DNA of 64,000 nt from Amoebidium appalachense (lineage: Eukaryota; Protista; Ichthyosporea). This document shows, piece by piece, positions 1 to 19,345 of this stretch (its first letter is position 1; the number at the start of each line of letters is the position of its first letter). The DNA is taken from positions 10,070,161-10,134,160 of the forward strand of contig CAVNZM010000001.1 of assembly GCA_963693365.1 (NCBI GenBank). Reading direction: 5' to 3'. The notes below the pieces were generated by a model that had not been told where the DNA came from, ran no database searches, and saw only the letters and a program-made list of their open reading frames with translations. Both the position numbers and the translations under genes were made by a program.

Positions 1-62
1 GACCCAGGGGGAGGCACCGAGAAAGAGAAGGATGAGAGGTGTGTACCCCGAGGGATGGAGTG

Positions 63-151
<89 letters not shown>

Positions 152-213
152 CATGTGAGTGCAAGTGTTTTTGCATGTATGTACTTGCGCTTCTTGGCGT
201 GTGCTCGTTTGTA

Positions 214-271
<58 letters not shown>

Positions 272-363
272 CTCATGTCAGTAGTACAAGTGTTTTTGCA
301 TGTATCTCTTCTTGGTGTGTGTTCGTTGGTATGTCTTTCTCTCCCTCTATCTCTCTCTCTCTC

Positions 364-418
<55 letters not shown>

Positions 419-853
419 ATGTGTGTGTGTGTGCGCCGTTTGTGCGTGTGTGTGTGTGTGTGTGTGGCCTCCTGTCGGCCTGCCTGCATGCCTGTGTGTG
501 TAGTTAGGTGTTCACTTGGGTTAACGTGGGTGTGTGGGGCTGTGGTGTTTTTGTGTATGTTGTTGATTTTTTTTGGAGTCAACGCTTAGTGCTGGTTTGT
601 TTTTATGTGAAACGGAAATACAGGCCCAGAGGTTCCCCGGGTGGGCCTGTGTGTGTGCAGAGTGGGAGGAGAGGGGGGGGGGGGGGGGGGGGGGGGGGGG
701 TCGGCTTGGAGGCGTAATTCGTCATGGGGCGGCGGGAGAGGGCTTTAAAATGCTTAGCCTCTTTCCTCGTCCCTTCATTTTTCTTAGAAATTCTTTTTGG
801 GTGTTCGTGTTCGTGGGTGTGTGGCTTGGGTAGGAGGAGGAGGAGGAGGAGGA

Positions 854-884
<31 letters not shown>

Positions 885-950
885 CTTCGTGCTTGTACAG
901 ATGCTGACTTTATTTTGGGGCGGGCGCAGTGCGTATTGGTGGAGACGTAG
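1..950 (+). CDS. Possible last two exons of an upstream gene (1..38 and 901..950), product unknown
   Basis: Donor AG|GTGTGT at 39 and acceptor TTGTACAG| at 900 give a phase-compatible join TQGEAPRKRRMR-DADFILGRAQCVLVET-stop (TAG 948-950), with AATAAA near 1019. No recognisable domain. Confidence 0.25.
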
Positions 951-3286
951 GAAACCGAGACAAAATCTGGACGAATACAATCCACCTTTTCATTATAACT
1001 AGCGAATGGTAGGTGGGGAATAAAAATATTAATTTATGTACATACCCATGTAATTAGCATGATCATAGACACTGTGACATATTCAAGGGTGTTATGCTTT
1101 TCAAATGATTGGAGTGCTCGACTTTTGGTTGATTTATTAAACCTTTAATTGTGGGTTATTTTTTTTTTTTAAACTTAGTTTTTCTTTTAACTTATGTATT
1201 GACTTGTTTTTTTTGTGTGTGTTCGTTGTGAGTTTTCAACTGCTTCGACTCCTTCCTTTAAAGATATCGTCGACCGTCACGTTTTTTTTATTATTATTTG
1301 ATGGCGCACATTGTATGGCGATGCAAAAGAAAAAGGAGGAGGGGAAAAAGTGGAAAAAGACCTTTCCACAAATATTAGGCAAGGCACATCAGTGGCATGG
1401 ATGTGTACTGCGCGTGCGGTGACTGCAAAGGGTAACTGTTACACTGATAATAAAACGTATTTGTATTAAACGTATCCCGATAGTTAAGGCCCATATGATT
1501 ATATGATAATTATATTAATAGCTACAGGCAAACGTGTCTATGTGTGTGGCAGCGTACACTGTGCGTGTGTGACGGTGTGTGTGTGCAATTCTGCGCGTGT
1601 GTGGGTGTGTGCACGTGTGTGTGCACGTGCGTCACGGTACATGTTAATCAAGTATCCACAGACAGACTGAGTCCTCGTGTGTGTGTGTGTGTGCATGAAA
1701 TGTGCATGTGTGTGCGTGCGGTGTGTGTGTGTGCACGTGTGTGTATATGTGTGTGCGTGTGTACGTGGCTTTTTATAATGGATTGGCCGTGGTTTTGGAA
1801 TCCATGATAATTAGTTAGGCGTGACCACTTCGTACACTTGCCGCTCATAGGCTACTATTGTAGGCCTGAGGCTCTGGCTGGCAAAACTGAAAGCGTGCGG
1901 TTCAAATTTCACGCCCCGTGACCTCCGAATATTTTTGGACTTTACACGAGGGAGAGTCCAATCAGAAAAAAGACATTTAGACCCCCTTGAATCGGAAGAA
2001 TCATAGTGTGGGGTTTACTTGGTGTTTTTTCAGCAGAATTTAGCAAATTATTAATATTGGTAATTATAGCACCTCCGAAGCTGTAGACCATCATTATTCC
2101 GGGTTTATTCCTTTATTTCATTGCGTATTCCCGGATGATAGTAGTAGGTTTTCAATGTAGTTAGCGGCGTATATGCCGGTGACCCACAATCTTTATCACA
2201 AAGTTGTGAAGGATGTTGAGGGGGATGATCACGGTGACAACAGGTCGAAACCGATTGGCCCAGCTGACACAGGACATTCACGGTTTGAAATTAATTTAAA
2301 TTGCATTGTTCGGTTGCATATTGCGGAGGGGCATGTATGATACTTGGTGCTTTTTTCATCCTGTGTGGTCTTAGTGAGAGTAGCGAACGTCTTTTACTTA
2401 CCATTATACATATGTAATGAACATTGGGGCCACACAACGGTTGAAATACCAATGAGCTTTCAAGCGCCAACATCTTATGTACAGGTGGTCCAAGTTCCAA
2501 CCATGGACTGACAGGGCCTGAACTTCCCAGGGCAGGGCTGGTCCCTGGTCCCTGAACCTCGAGTCTATGGTGACACTTTGCAGTTATGCGATTGGCTAGC
2601 GTCGCATCCACGAACCCAAATTTGGGTTATGTCTATTTACCTGACATGTGGTTGTGCAAACTCAGTGAAGGCATGTGTACATGTTGCATTTTGTAAAATG
2701 ATCATTTGTCTTCCCAGTAATGCTTACTACTTGGCCTAGCACTTCACCACCTTACCACCCACCACGTTTTTACCATCACTCCGGTTGGTTTAGAGATTAA
2801 TTTCAGACCGTGCGAGCTGGCCAGTTTTTGTGTCGCAATTTTTCAGGCTGTCAGTGACTCAGTAGCTGTAGCACCTTCCTCAAATAATCAATTTTCTGTT
2901 TAGGCTTGTGGGTGTATTCGGGTGTAGGAATAGACGTAGGCACGCATGCCTAGTAAAAGTAATATTAGGCCTATTATATTCGTGTGCCAAGACTACTATA
3001 GTTACAGGTGGGTTCATCAAAGATCACGGCCGAAGGAGCCTTTGCAGGAATTCTAAATGCTCTTTGCCTTCTTTCCCCATTTGTACACTGCCTGATCAGT
3101 ACTTGACGACAAGGACGTGATGTTGAAGTGAACAGCACACAATCGCTACAGGATCAAATTGCAAAGCGAAGCATTTTCGACTTGTTTCGCCTCTAGGGTG
3201 TGCCGTCGTCATAGCTCACACCACTTCTTTTGTGTCCTTTTTTCCTGTTTGCTTTTCCCATATTTCCTTTTGCCACAAACGTCAAC

Positions 3287-3994
3287 ATGCCGCCCAACAC
3301 AAGAGACGAAAACTCGTTCAGGTTAATATTACCCCACCCACTTATCCACTCACAAAGTAACCCCTTCTCTTCAAACGATAACGATTCTGTCGACTCTCTT
3401 GACGCCGCCCTTTCATCTTGCCCCAACTCAGACGACGTTGAAACTGCTCGTGATCATGATAGTCTACGAGAACATGGATTGGACAAGACCTCTTTTAGAA
3501 TAAAAGATATTCTGAAAAACGCCGTATCAAAAAGCACGCGAACATACACGTGTGTGTTCAACAAAAAGCAAGGCCTGCTCGCATTGGCCTCCCTTTTTCT
3601 TTTCTCGGCCGGTGTGTTTTTCCTCTCGTCATTTAACACAACCAGCGTTGATGTTACTGGTTGTTTTAACTCCGTTTTCGAAGTCAAGCGGTCGACATCT
3701 GTTGGTCCGATGGAGACCCAAAACGTAACGGAGAGTATTTTCCTCAACGAAACAGAGGACATTTTTTCTAATGTAACCGAGAAAAGGGTCACACTAAATC
3801 CTGGAGCTCCGGCCGGTGACGTGGAAGTGGAAACGGGATCGGTGGGAACAACCACTCTGGAGCAGTATATTCACGGTAAGCATGCAGGTCGAGTTGCTAA
3901 ACCCAATCCCTGTTACTCTCCTCCCAAATAAAACACAGGCATGTGTGGGCACCTTGGGTGAGAGTGTGCAGACACACGGATGCACTCACGTGAA

Positions 3995-4031
<37 letters not shown>

Positions 4032-5054
4032 GTAGAAACATCACAGGTATGGAACATGTAAACGGTCTGGTCAAGAACTGAGCACCGAGTAATGTCACTT
4101 ACATACACAAACACACACACGAACACGTAAACACATTCGCATAAGGAATTATACATTGATGAGCACCCACGCAATGTCCATGCGAGAGCCCATGTACAAC
4201 TTCTATACTGGCTGGAGCATGCAAATACAAAATCTGCAGTTGAAAGGACAACCCCCCAATGCCTTCGAAACCCATGTGTAAACATCTATGCTAATTAGCC
4301 TACAAAACACGACGTAAGGTAAATTGCCCCTGCTTACCGACCCTCCAACCACGTACACAGGTACATACTTGAACTAAAGACACTCTCCTGCTATCTTGGT
4401 TACTTCAGCCTATTCAGACGATACGTGCCAAAAACAAAACACTGATCTCCTCTCCTCCAATCAGATGCAGCCTATGTGCCCGGTGTTAAATTTCCGTTTG
4501 TGGACCTGGCTGCCGTGGAGAGGTGTGACGTGATGCAGACGGAGGGCGGCAGCGAAGAAACGGACACAAACAGCACCCAAGTGCACGTGCACAGCGACAA
4601 CGGGATAGTCACGGTATATCTGACTGCACGGGATATCCAAGGAAATAATCGGACCTATGGGGGCGACGTTTTCCGGTGCGAGCTCGTGCAGATTTCTGGG
4701 TTTTCAGAGGCAGAGGGGGGTATTGGTCGGGAGTTCCGTGCGTATATATTCAGTTACGACCACTGCAATGGCACGTATGTGTGCACACTGGACATGAGAC
4801 ATGCGGCTGCCGGCACCTACCACGTGGTGCTGGTGCATCTTTCTAGAATGTTCATGCACGAGGTGCAGCTGTTAGACCCCCCCGACTGTGGTGCCACCGT
4901 TGGTAGCCGATACTTCAATGCAACGAGTATGCTTGATGTGGGCCAGTTGATAACAAATGAGGTACATCCATCCCCTCTCCCTCTCTCTCCCTCTCTCTCT
5001 TATCTCTCTTTATCTCTCTTTATCTCAACCCCACTCACCCACTCACCCACCACA

Positions 5055-5099
<45 letters not shown>

Positions 5100-7594
5100 A
5101 CCGGGAAATGTCGGACTCTCGCACGTGTACTATTTGTATGCAGTTCCCATCACGTTATCACTACCTTATCGTAGTGATTGGTGCCTGATACAGAGTAGAC
5201 CAATACACGAGGGGGGGCATTGTACCAGTGTTTGCTGCCTGTGTACTGTTTGCATGCCAGTGTGTACATGCGTACTGCTTGCATATAGGTGTGTACATGT
5301 GGACTGTTTGTATACCAGCATGTACACGTGTACTGTTTGCATACCATTTTCATTGTGTGTACTGGTTGCATACAAGTTCTATTGTGTGAACTGTTTGCAT
5401 ACAGGTGTTTGCATGTGTGCTTTTTGCATATCAGTGTCTGCATGTGTACTGTTTGCATACCCGTTCCGTACGTGTAGTGTGTACATACAGGTTTTATTTT
5501 GTGCACTGTTTGCATACCAGTGTGTACTGTCGGCATACGGGTTTTCTTGTGAGAACTTGTTTGCATACCAGTGTTAACATGTGCTGCTTGCATGCCAGTG
5601 TGTACATGTGTACTGTTTGCATGCCAGTGTGTACACGTGTACTGTTTGCATGACAGTGTGTACACGTGTACTGTTTGCATGCCAGTGTGCACATGTGTAC
5701 TGTTTGCATGTCACTGTTTACATGTGAACTGCTTGCATGCCAATGTGTACACGTGTACCGTTTGCATACCTGTTAACATGTGTACTGTTTGCACTATCTG
5801 TGTGTACACGTGTACCGTTTGCATACCAGTGTTTACATGTGTACTGTTTGCATACCAGAGTATACACGTGTAAGCTTGCATGCCAGTGTGCACGTGTGTA
5901 CTGTTTGCAAGCCAGTGTGCACATGTGTACTGTTTGCATGCCAGTGTGCACATGTGTACTGCTTGCATGACAGTGTGCACATGTTTACTAGTAATGGTTG
6001 CACACATTTTGACACCCTTAGATTTCTATTTGTGCTGCGGGCATGCGTATTGGATTCATTCAACTATTCGTCATTCCACTATTCGCACACTATGCTTGCA
6101 CATGTGTCCGCGTTGCCCCGCCTAACACGTATCCCCAATCTCCATCTCCCCACACCAGACGTTTTTCCCCAATGCGACCGTCACCATCACTCCTCAACCT
6201 CTGTCAACATCCCACCTGCCCCCCTGCACTATGGCCAGCCCCTCCACGGGCCGTTGGGTGGCCCAGACCGTCTGCTTCTCGAACCGGACCACCGACCCGA
6301 CCCGAAATAGCAGCACGGAGAGGTGCCGGTTGGGTGACTCGGGCATGCGTGTGACGGACGCATCTGTGTGGGTGCCGTTTGGCTGCCGGCTCAGGTACAT
6401 TGGGCCGGAGGATTTTGCGCAAAAGGCGGTGGCCGCCGGGCAGAGGCGTGTGGTGGTGTTGGGGGACAGCCGGTCGTACAACCTGTGGTTGGCACTGGTG
6501 CAGTATCTGAACGGCGCTAGGACAGACAATACGACGGGATTGGTCAATGAAAAGGTATGTTTGATGGATAAAGACGCCGGGAAAATAAGGAGCATGTGTG
6601 TTGTGTTCTCTCTCTCTTTCTCTCTGTGTGTGTGTGTGTGTGTGTGTTTGTGTTTGTGTGCGTGTGCGTGTCTGTCTGCCTGTCTGTCTGTTTGTCTGTG
6701 TGTCTTTCCTTTTTCGGGGAGGGGGGGGGGGGGGGGGGGGGGGGTTCCCGTGATGATATTTTATGAGATTTCTTTGTATTTGGTTATATATTGGTAGTTT
6801 ACGGTGAGGAAAGTACACCCCAAGATTTGCAGGCACTGACACACACACACACATTCCCATCACAACCACTCAGCCCGTTTAACCAACACTTACCATTCCT
6901 TCCCTCCTTCCTTCCCCACAGGACCTAGCCACAGACGTCCCCACTGGCAAGAGCGACAATTTCTACGGCCGATCAGTAACACCATACTACGAGTCATACA
7001 CGGGGCACAACATCACCGTGTCTCTCTTTCAATCGTACGGCTCCGCAGACCACTTTGACCGGTTTCCGTGCCCAGAAATACCGGGAATTGTGAAACCGAC
7101 CTATGAGGGCTATAGGAAGGTTATGGGAACTTGGTTCGATAAATCGGAGGTTTTGCGCGCCGCCCCTGCCAGCGAACAGCCCGATGTGATCATAATGCAG
7201 GACGGGGGGGATTCATGATACTTTTCTGAGTTTTTCGGAAACCAAGTATATCCATAACGTCAGGCGGATAATCAAAGACCTCAAAACGAATTTTCAGGGC
7301 AAGAGGATAATCTACGTCACGCTCCCCGCTGCAAATGTACGGGATTTCAAGGTGGGATTTTCCTTCCGGTCGGAATATCACCAGTGGAGAAGGGCGCAGA
7401 TTGGCCGGAAAATGTTCTCGGAGGCGGGATATGAGGTGTGGGATATACACCAAATGACGGCCACCAGGGCAGATAGATATTTTGATGCTATGCACTTTTT
7501 CCCTCAGCCTTATTATGCCCGCAAGTGGAACGAGATGCCCATGTTGTTGGTGCATGAGTTGGTGCAGGATTTGGTCAATCGCATGTATCGGTGA
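3287..7594 (+). CDS. NXPE/PC-esterase-like SGNH acyltransferase/esterase, paralog A; exons 3287-3875, 4465-4961, 6159-6554, 6922-7594; +1 frameshift at G7 run 7204-7210
   Basis: N-terminal TM (GLLALASLFLFSAGVFFL). NXPE-type Ig-like segment VYLTARDIQGNNRTYGGDVFRCEL...YDHCNGTY...GTYHVVLVHL. VVVLGDS motif in exon 3 and DAMH (DxxH) in exon 4. All junctions are GT-AG with consistent phases 1,0,0 and are shared with paralogs B and C. Confidence 0.85.
5221..5990. repeat. 29-bp minisatellite (consensus about GTGTACTGTTTGCATGCCAGTGTGTACAC), roughly 25 degenerate copies, in intron 2 of paralog A
   Basis: Head-to-tail periodicity is visible directly, there are no unique spacers, and it explains the repetitive HTGMQTVH-type ORFs. 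Confidence 0.9.
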
Positions 7595-7661
7595 TTTTTT
7601 TTTTTTTGAAACGCGCAGACACAAGCGTCAACTCAAACGCACATGTGCGCGCGCACGCACG

Positions 7662-7699
<38 letters not shown>

Positions 7700-8598
7700 G
7701 TTGCACACAAACAGTGTCGCACACACACACACACAGTGTTGCACACACACACACAAACACACACACACTTCACGCACCCACACACATGCACGCGCGCGCG
7801 TCCGCAAGCACCCGTCTTACGCACGCACACGCGCAGCACCATGCACGTTAGGGATTATCCGGCGGACACTGGTATTACGAAAATACGGATATATTCCGTT
7901 CGAAAAATGAAAGATTTACAAATTATTGCGGAACTGCATCTCAGTTTCTGCTCTGTTTGCTCACATGCAGACAATTATGTAGATACACCCCGTTTGACTG
8001 ATTATTGCGTATGTTAGTGATTATGGTCCATGATCTATGTATATCATGATATAATTGAATATCGGGTAGACTTTTGTGCGGCAATTTGCTGATGTTTTGA
8101 TTATTTGACTTGCATATGGCTAGATCTAGGCGAATTCAAAGGCATAAGGCAGATGATCAACTGTATCTATGGTCGTACCTGAGTTTCTGTTTTAGAAATC
8201 AGTACAGACAATTGCTTCGCTCGTAAACCGGTAGGGATGTGTATGCTTGTAGCATATGCTGGGAATGTATAATACCAGTCCGATTGCAGGGTGTCTTTTA
8301 TTTTAAAAAAAAAAAAAAATATTATTATTATTGAGTAGTGGACTGGTGCCACTGTGGATATCATATTTGAAAATGCCGTAATCTGGAATGGTGGATTCAT
8401 GATGATCCTCATGATAATATATGGTTGAACCTCGGTTGACTCAATTTTTACGGTGTAAATTATGGTTTTTCACGGTGCAACTTTGGGCATCTTGAAATCA
8501 CAACTTCAAACACGCATGGCTATCTATTTAGTTAAACCATGACGTCAGTGTGTACACACACTTCAAGCATACACACACACACTTGCGCGAGCGAGCGA

Positions 8599-8640
<42 letters not shown>

Positions 8641-8968
8641 CATGACACACAGTCTAGTCATCCCCCCTCCTCCCCGCCCCCCCTCCCGCCCCCCGTCGAT
8701 CCTCCTCCTCTTCTCTGCCTAAGTATCATAGGCTAGGTAGTCCGACTGAGCGCACGGCGTCACATATATAGTACGCCATCACACGTGCAACAACACGCTT
8801 CTGAATCAGCCAGGCTGAATCGGCACACACAAATTTTGACCTAATAGCTAGCACGACATGCGGATCGGCAAATTCGTACGTGTACGTACATGTGCCCCAC
8901 GTTAACCCCCTCCCCCCCGGCCTCTCACTCTCTTTCTCTCTCTCTCTCTCTCCCCCCCACCTTCCCCC

Positions 8969-8969
<1 letters not shown>

Positions 8970-9058
<89 letters not shown>
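8970..9058. repeat. Poly-C tract of about 89 nt, the longest of many G/C homopolymers
   Basis: Direct reading; the true length is uncertain because of homopolymer sequencing error. Confidence 0.8.
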
Positions 9059-9059
<1 letters not shown>

Positions 9060-9197
9060 CCGCCGCCACCGCGTGGGGCCCCTCCCTTCCCTCCCCACCT
9101 CCCCTGCAGGAAAGGGAAACTTAGGTGTGGGTGCTACACTGTATGCTACTGTGTGTGTGTACCGTATACGTAGTGTGTGTGTGTGTGTATGTGTACA

Positions 9198-9258
<61 letters not shown>

Positions 9259-9824
9259 TTATAAGGTGGGCGGCACTGGGGAGGCCGCGCAGGAGGGGGG
9301 GGGGGAGGGGGGGGCAGTTGACCCACAATGGCATGCATTTTTAATTTATACGTTTTTGCTGAACTTTGGCTTCGCTCATCAACCTCTCCAGTATACGTAA
9401 AATCATCAAATTCGTACCAATACCACGCGCACTAAGTTAAATTTTAGTCTCGAGTCTGTGTGCCACGATCGAAAATAAACCCCCCAAAAAACGGCTATGT
9501 ATGTGCTCATCTAGATCGTACTTTAATCAAGCCCATCTCAACTGCATATCATTACAGGAAACTGTGCAATAGCCGATGAACATCGTTCTTAAAAAAAAAA
9601 AAAGAAAAAAAAGGAGGAATATCGCAATTTTTTTCCCCAAAAAAACTAGTATGGACCAATTATTCGCGTGCAATCGCACCGATTAGCTAAATATTGAAAT
9701 TTGGGCGGGAAAGTTTGGTGCGCAAAAAGAAGGCTTTTATAAAACAATAAAAAAGGAGGAATACTAAAACAATAAAAAGGAGGAATATAGGTGTATGCTG
9801 CCAGGAGATAGAAGGCCCATTAGA

Positions 9825-9857
<33 letters not shown>

Positions 9858-10195
9858 CCCCACCACCACCACCACCACCACCACCACCACCTCCCCCCCC
9901 CCCCCCCCCCCCCCCCGGTATCCACCCCCCCCCCTCCTCCCCCCCCCCCCCCCCCCCCCTCCCCCTCCACGACCACCACCACCACCGCGGCACCACAAAA
10001 GTCCAGGTTTAGATTCAATATCTTGCCAGCAACCAGCAGATCAAATTTGCGAGTGTTGTAGATGATACATGGCTACGTGCATCACGGATCATTCAAGTCT
10101 TTCCTGCTTACTGAAAATTCCAAATTTTTGCAAATTCCAAGCGTAGACTAAATGACAGAAAAACAAGCGGCATACATATCAGGGGGACCCTTGTG

Positions 10196-10267
<72 letters not shown>

Positions 10268-10393
10268 TGTGTGTGTGCGCGCGCGCGTGCGTGTGTGTTT
10301 CCGGTTGTTCATGCTTGCAATTATGTGGACTCACCAGATGTACCTCTCCCCCTTCCCTCCCTCCCTTCCCTGGGCAGAGCCCAATATTCTCGA

Positions 10394-15935
<5,542 letters not shown>

Positions 15936-16469
15936 TGTGATTGTGTTTTTATAACACCAGATCCTGCACCAGCAATTTCCTTTGGCGAAGAAACGGGCCA
16001 GACTCAAAAGGGAGGGGACAACTGATGATGCGTTTAGCAAACCAACAAAAGGAGAAAACGAAATAACACGACTACAGTGTACCTTCTGAGCATTTTTTCA
16101 CGTATTTACCGGATGTGTGTCGTGGTTCACAACTTACAAGTCAAGAGGGACATCATGGAGGTTTGATGAAGATGAACCGTCTCTTCCGAGTCAACTATGT
16201 GATCAATAACAGAAAGCAAAAATTACAATATAAAAAATCAACGCTGCACATGTTCATACGAAAGGGGAAAAAGAACACAAATAAAAGGAAATGGCGTTTC
16301 TGTCTTCCTTGACTCAAGGCATGTTGGCCACGACCCTACTACTGTACGTACATACACCGACGTGGATTCGACCACTCAAACAACTGAAATGAACACGGCG
16401 GCGTGTGTGAATGTGTACCGTGCGCACGGGGGTTTATGCACTTTGTATAGCTGCGGACATCATCAAAAA

Positions 16470-17240
16470 CCCAGCCTCACTTGACGGCCTACTGCGTTTT
16501 CCAGCGCAGCCAATCAAATGCAGCTAATGACTTGTGTACAGTACACTGTATGCAATAAAACAACCCTAGTATAGATTATGGATAAGCAGAAGCTAGCATT
16601 GGTAGCTCCGAGAGAAAGTTAACCCTTTCTTGGTTAGATGTCCTGTATGGGGAGGTAAATTAGCCATTCTAATCTAGGTGATTTAGGTATTTAGCTTCAG
16701 ATGATTTCCATTGGTCCTTGAACGAACATTGAAGAATCCCCGTAAACTTGCTAGATGCTAGTGTCACTTTTCCGGGTCACTTTTGAAAGGTTGAGATCCC
16801 GTTTCCACATGCGTGTAACCAGTGATTAACGAAAATAGAGCCTAGCTATACCAGAAATCACTAATTATTGATTTATAGATGTATTGATCTTTGCTACATG
16901 TAGACCGCGTGCAGACTGTGCTGCGCAGCCTGCACTTGCAGACTTGCAGTCCCTTTGTCTGTAACGGAATTCTAACTTGTGTGTTTCGGGGGATCCCTTT
17001 GAGATAAAATTGTAAGCCATTTTGATGATAAAGTGGAGGGGTTTACACACTTTTTATTGCGTGGACACTGCCGGAGGCCCAGCCACATTCGACGGCCTAC
17101 TGCGTTTTCCAGCACAGCCAATCAAATGCAGCCAGTGACATATGTACATGCTAGGCAACAATGAGCGCCATCGTAGTATCTGACACCCCTATTACATATT
17201 ATGGGTAAGCAGATGCTCGGTAGCTCCGAAAGAAAGTTAA
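16470..17240. repeat. Pair of degenerate direct repeats of about 150-160 bp (16470-16622 and 17078-17240) containing CCAAT
   Basis: Shared blocks GACGGCCTACTGCGTTTTCCAGCRCAGCCAATCAAATGCAGC and GGTAGCTCCGARAGAAAGTTAA. Confidence 0.8.
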
Positions 17241-18843
17241 GGCACCGGATCACAATATCATACTGTGCAGCATTAATAAGGTGATCTAGGATAGTCATCT
17301 TAAAACGGATATATTGAGGAAGAGAGGAAGAAAAGAGAATAAAACCGCCAATAACCTCCGGTTCTAATACATTAGCTAACAGGTTGCATTTATTGATAGA
17401 TATGCAGCCGCGAGTAAACCGCCCCCCACACATATTACACATACGAGCAGGAGACACCAGAAACCGATTACACCGCCAAGCCATAATCATCTTTGCGTTT
17501 TTACACCACACCACATTACGAATAAACGAATCTATGTATGAACGAGACTCATAAAGTGGAGATTCCTGGCCGTACACAGCTTACAGCCCTGTCGTGACTC
17601 GTTTGTCGTTTGCTGTTTGGCTCCCTGTGCAGACTCTGTACGCGTGAAAATAAGGAGGCCCTGGTTCCGTGCCCTCGCTTTTCGTTGCCTAGGCCTAGGT
17701 TTGCTGTGTGCCCCCCACCGTCCGCCCTTTAGTAACAGTTTAGCCCGCTTTCGCCCTCTTTTCCAGCGTCCCACGGGATCCATCTCCCGTTTTGGCCATG
17801 GGAAGGCTTCGGAATCCCCACGTTCTTTCTTCCGGGTGCCGGGCCCCTCGGAGTCCTTTACCTCCTATTTTGTGGGACCCGTGCCTCCCCGCGTGTTGCC
17901 ATGGCTACTCCTAGCGCCCTCACGGGCCAGCGTGAAAAGCTTTCCGCCATGACCATCCCCACGTTTGCCGCCGACACTGTGGATTCCAACTGAGGCTCAT
18001 GCAGTGACTGTAATATTGCTTTGCTGCAGGCCCACCCGTCCCTAAGGCCTTCAAGTTGGGGCAGTGTGCACGTTGAGACGATCAAAAGTTTTTGGGGTTG
18101 GTCAGAGGTGCCAAAGGTCCGTTCCGTGGCTATTGATGACCCCCCGGGGGGATGGGGTGTGGGGGGCACCAGTGGGGAGGGTTGGGGGTGGGTGGGGCTG
18201 GTGTGTCACTGATGTTCATTTCACTCAGCTACTGAACTGCTAGCCCGCATCCTCTCGACCTGTTCAACTTGCTAGCTTCGTCCCCCCCCCCCCCCCCATC
18301 CCCATCCGGACCCCCCCTCCTTCCCCCCCCCCCCCCCCCCCCCCCCCACCCCACCCCTCCCCCCACCCCACCCCCCAGAAATGCCCGCAAAGAGCTCTGC
18401 GTGCTGTGGAGGTTGTCGTCTGCCACCTGCTTGCTCTCCAGTCTGCCGACCAGTCTAAGGGTGACTGGACTGACATATAGTGTGCACGTGGTTGAGCGCT
18501 TCAGGAGTTCCCCTCCCCCACTCCCCTCCCCCCTTCCTCCCCCCCCTCCCCCCCCCCCGGGGTCTCCGAGTGGCCGTAGGCCTCTGAATTCGAAGCCTTG
18601 CTATGGAGTTTTGGGCCTTCGGCCGCAAAGAATTGGTCGGGGGGGGGTGATCTGTGACTGTAACACGCGAATGAAACGTGGGGACAACGTGTTTTTTGTT
18701 TTAAGTTAAGCACATAATCTGTAAGTGTGCCGTTCAGTTTTTAGTTGGTCTGGCCGCGCAGAAATTCCTATCCTATTGGTTAGATTTTTGGTTGGGAATT
18801 GCCAGTGGAGGGATTCTATAGGGACACCGCCTTCAGGAATCAG

Positions 18844-18897
<54 letters not shown>

Positions 18898-19307
18898 GGG
18901 GGGGGGCTCGAGCCTCAGGGGGATCACATCAAACCCACATTTGATCTGATCCGCCCGAACCGGATATGGCAACGTGCGACTGACCCCCCTCCACCCTACC
19001 CACTCACCCATATTATATCCAGCTTGACGAAACCCGTGACCCACTGGCCACTACCAACATCCGAATGCAGACGCACATACTGCTCACGGTGATGCTCGAG
19101 GCCTCCTCCCTGCGGACTCTCGGAGGCCCTGGTATGATTTACTTACTAATATGGGTAAAAATGGTTAGAAGGCCTGCCACCAAAACGCTCCCAGCAGAGC
19201 CACTTGAATAACTAATACCTTGGATTATAAACACGACAACTTTTTAGACTTATGTTTATAGCATATCTGTACCTATTTTGATACTGTGGCACCCACACAC
19301 ACACATA

Positions 19308-19345
<38 letters not shown>

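Noticed and set aside
5099-5190. Extra exon in paralog A after CACACAG
   Set aside because: In-frame stop, no counterpart in B or C, and exons 2 and 3 already join in phase.
5221-5990. CRISPR-like array (29-bp unit)
   Set aside because: Units are contiguous with no unique spacers, there are no cas genes, and the context is a eukaryotic intron.
7864-8281. MITE with ACTGGTATTA/TAATACCAGT inverted ends
   Set aside because: Only about 10 bp match, with no target-site duplication or second copy in the window.
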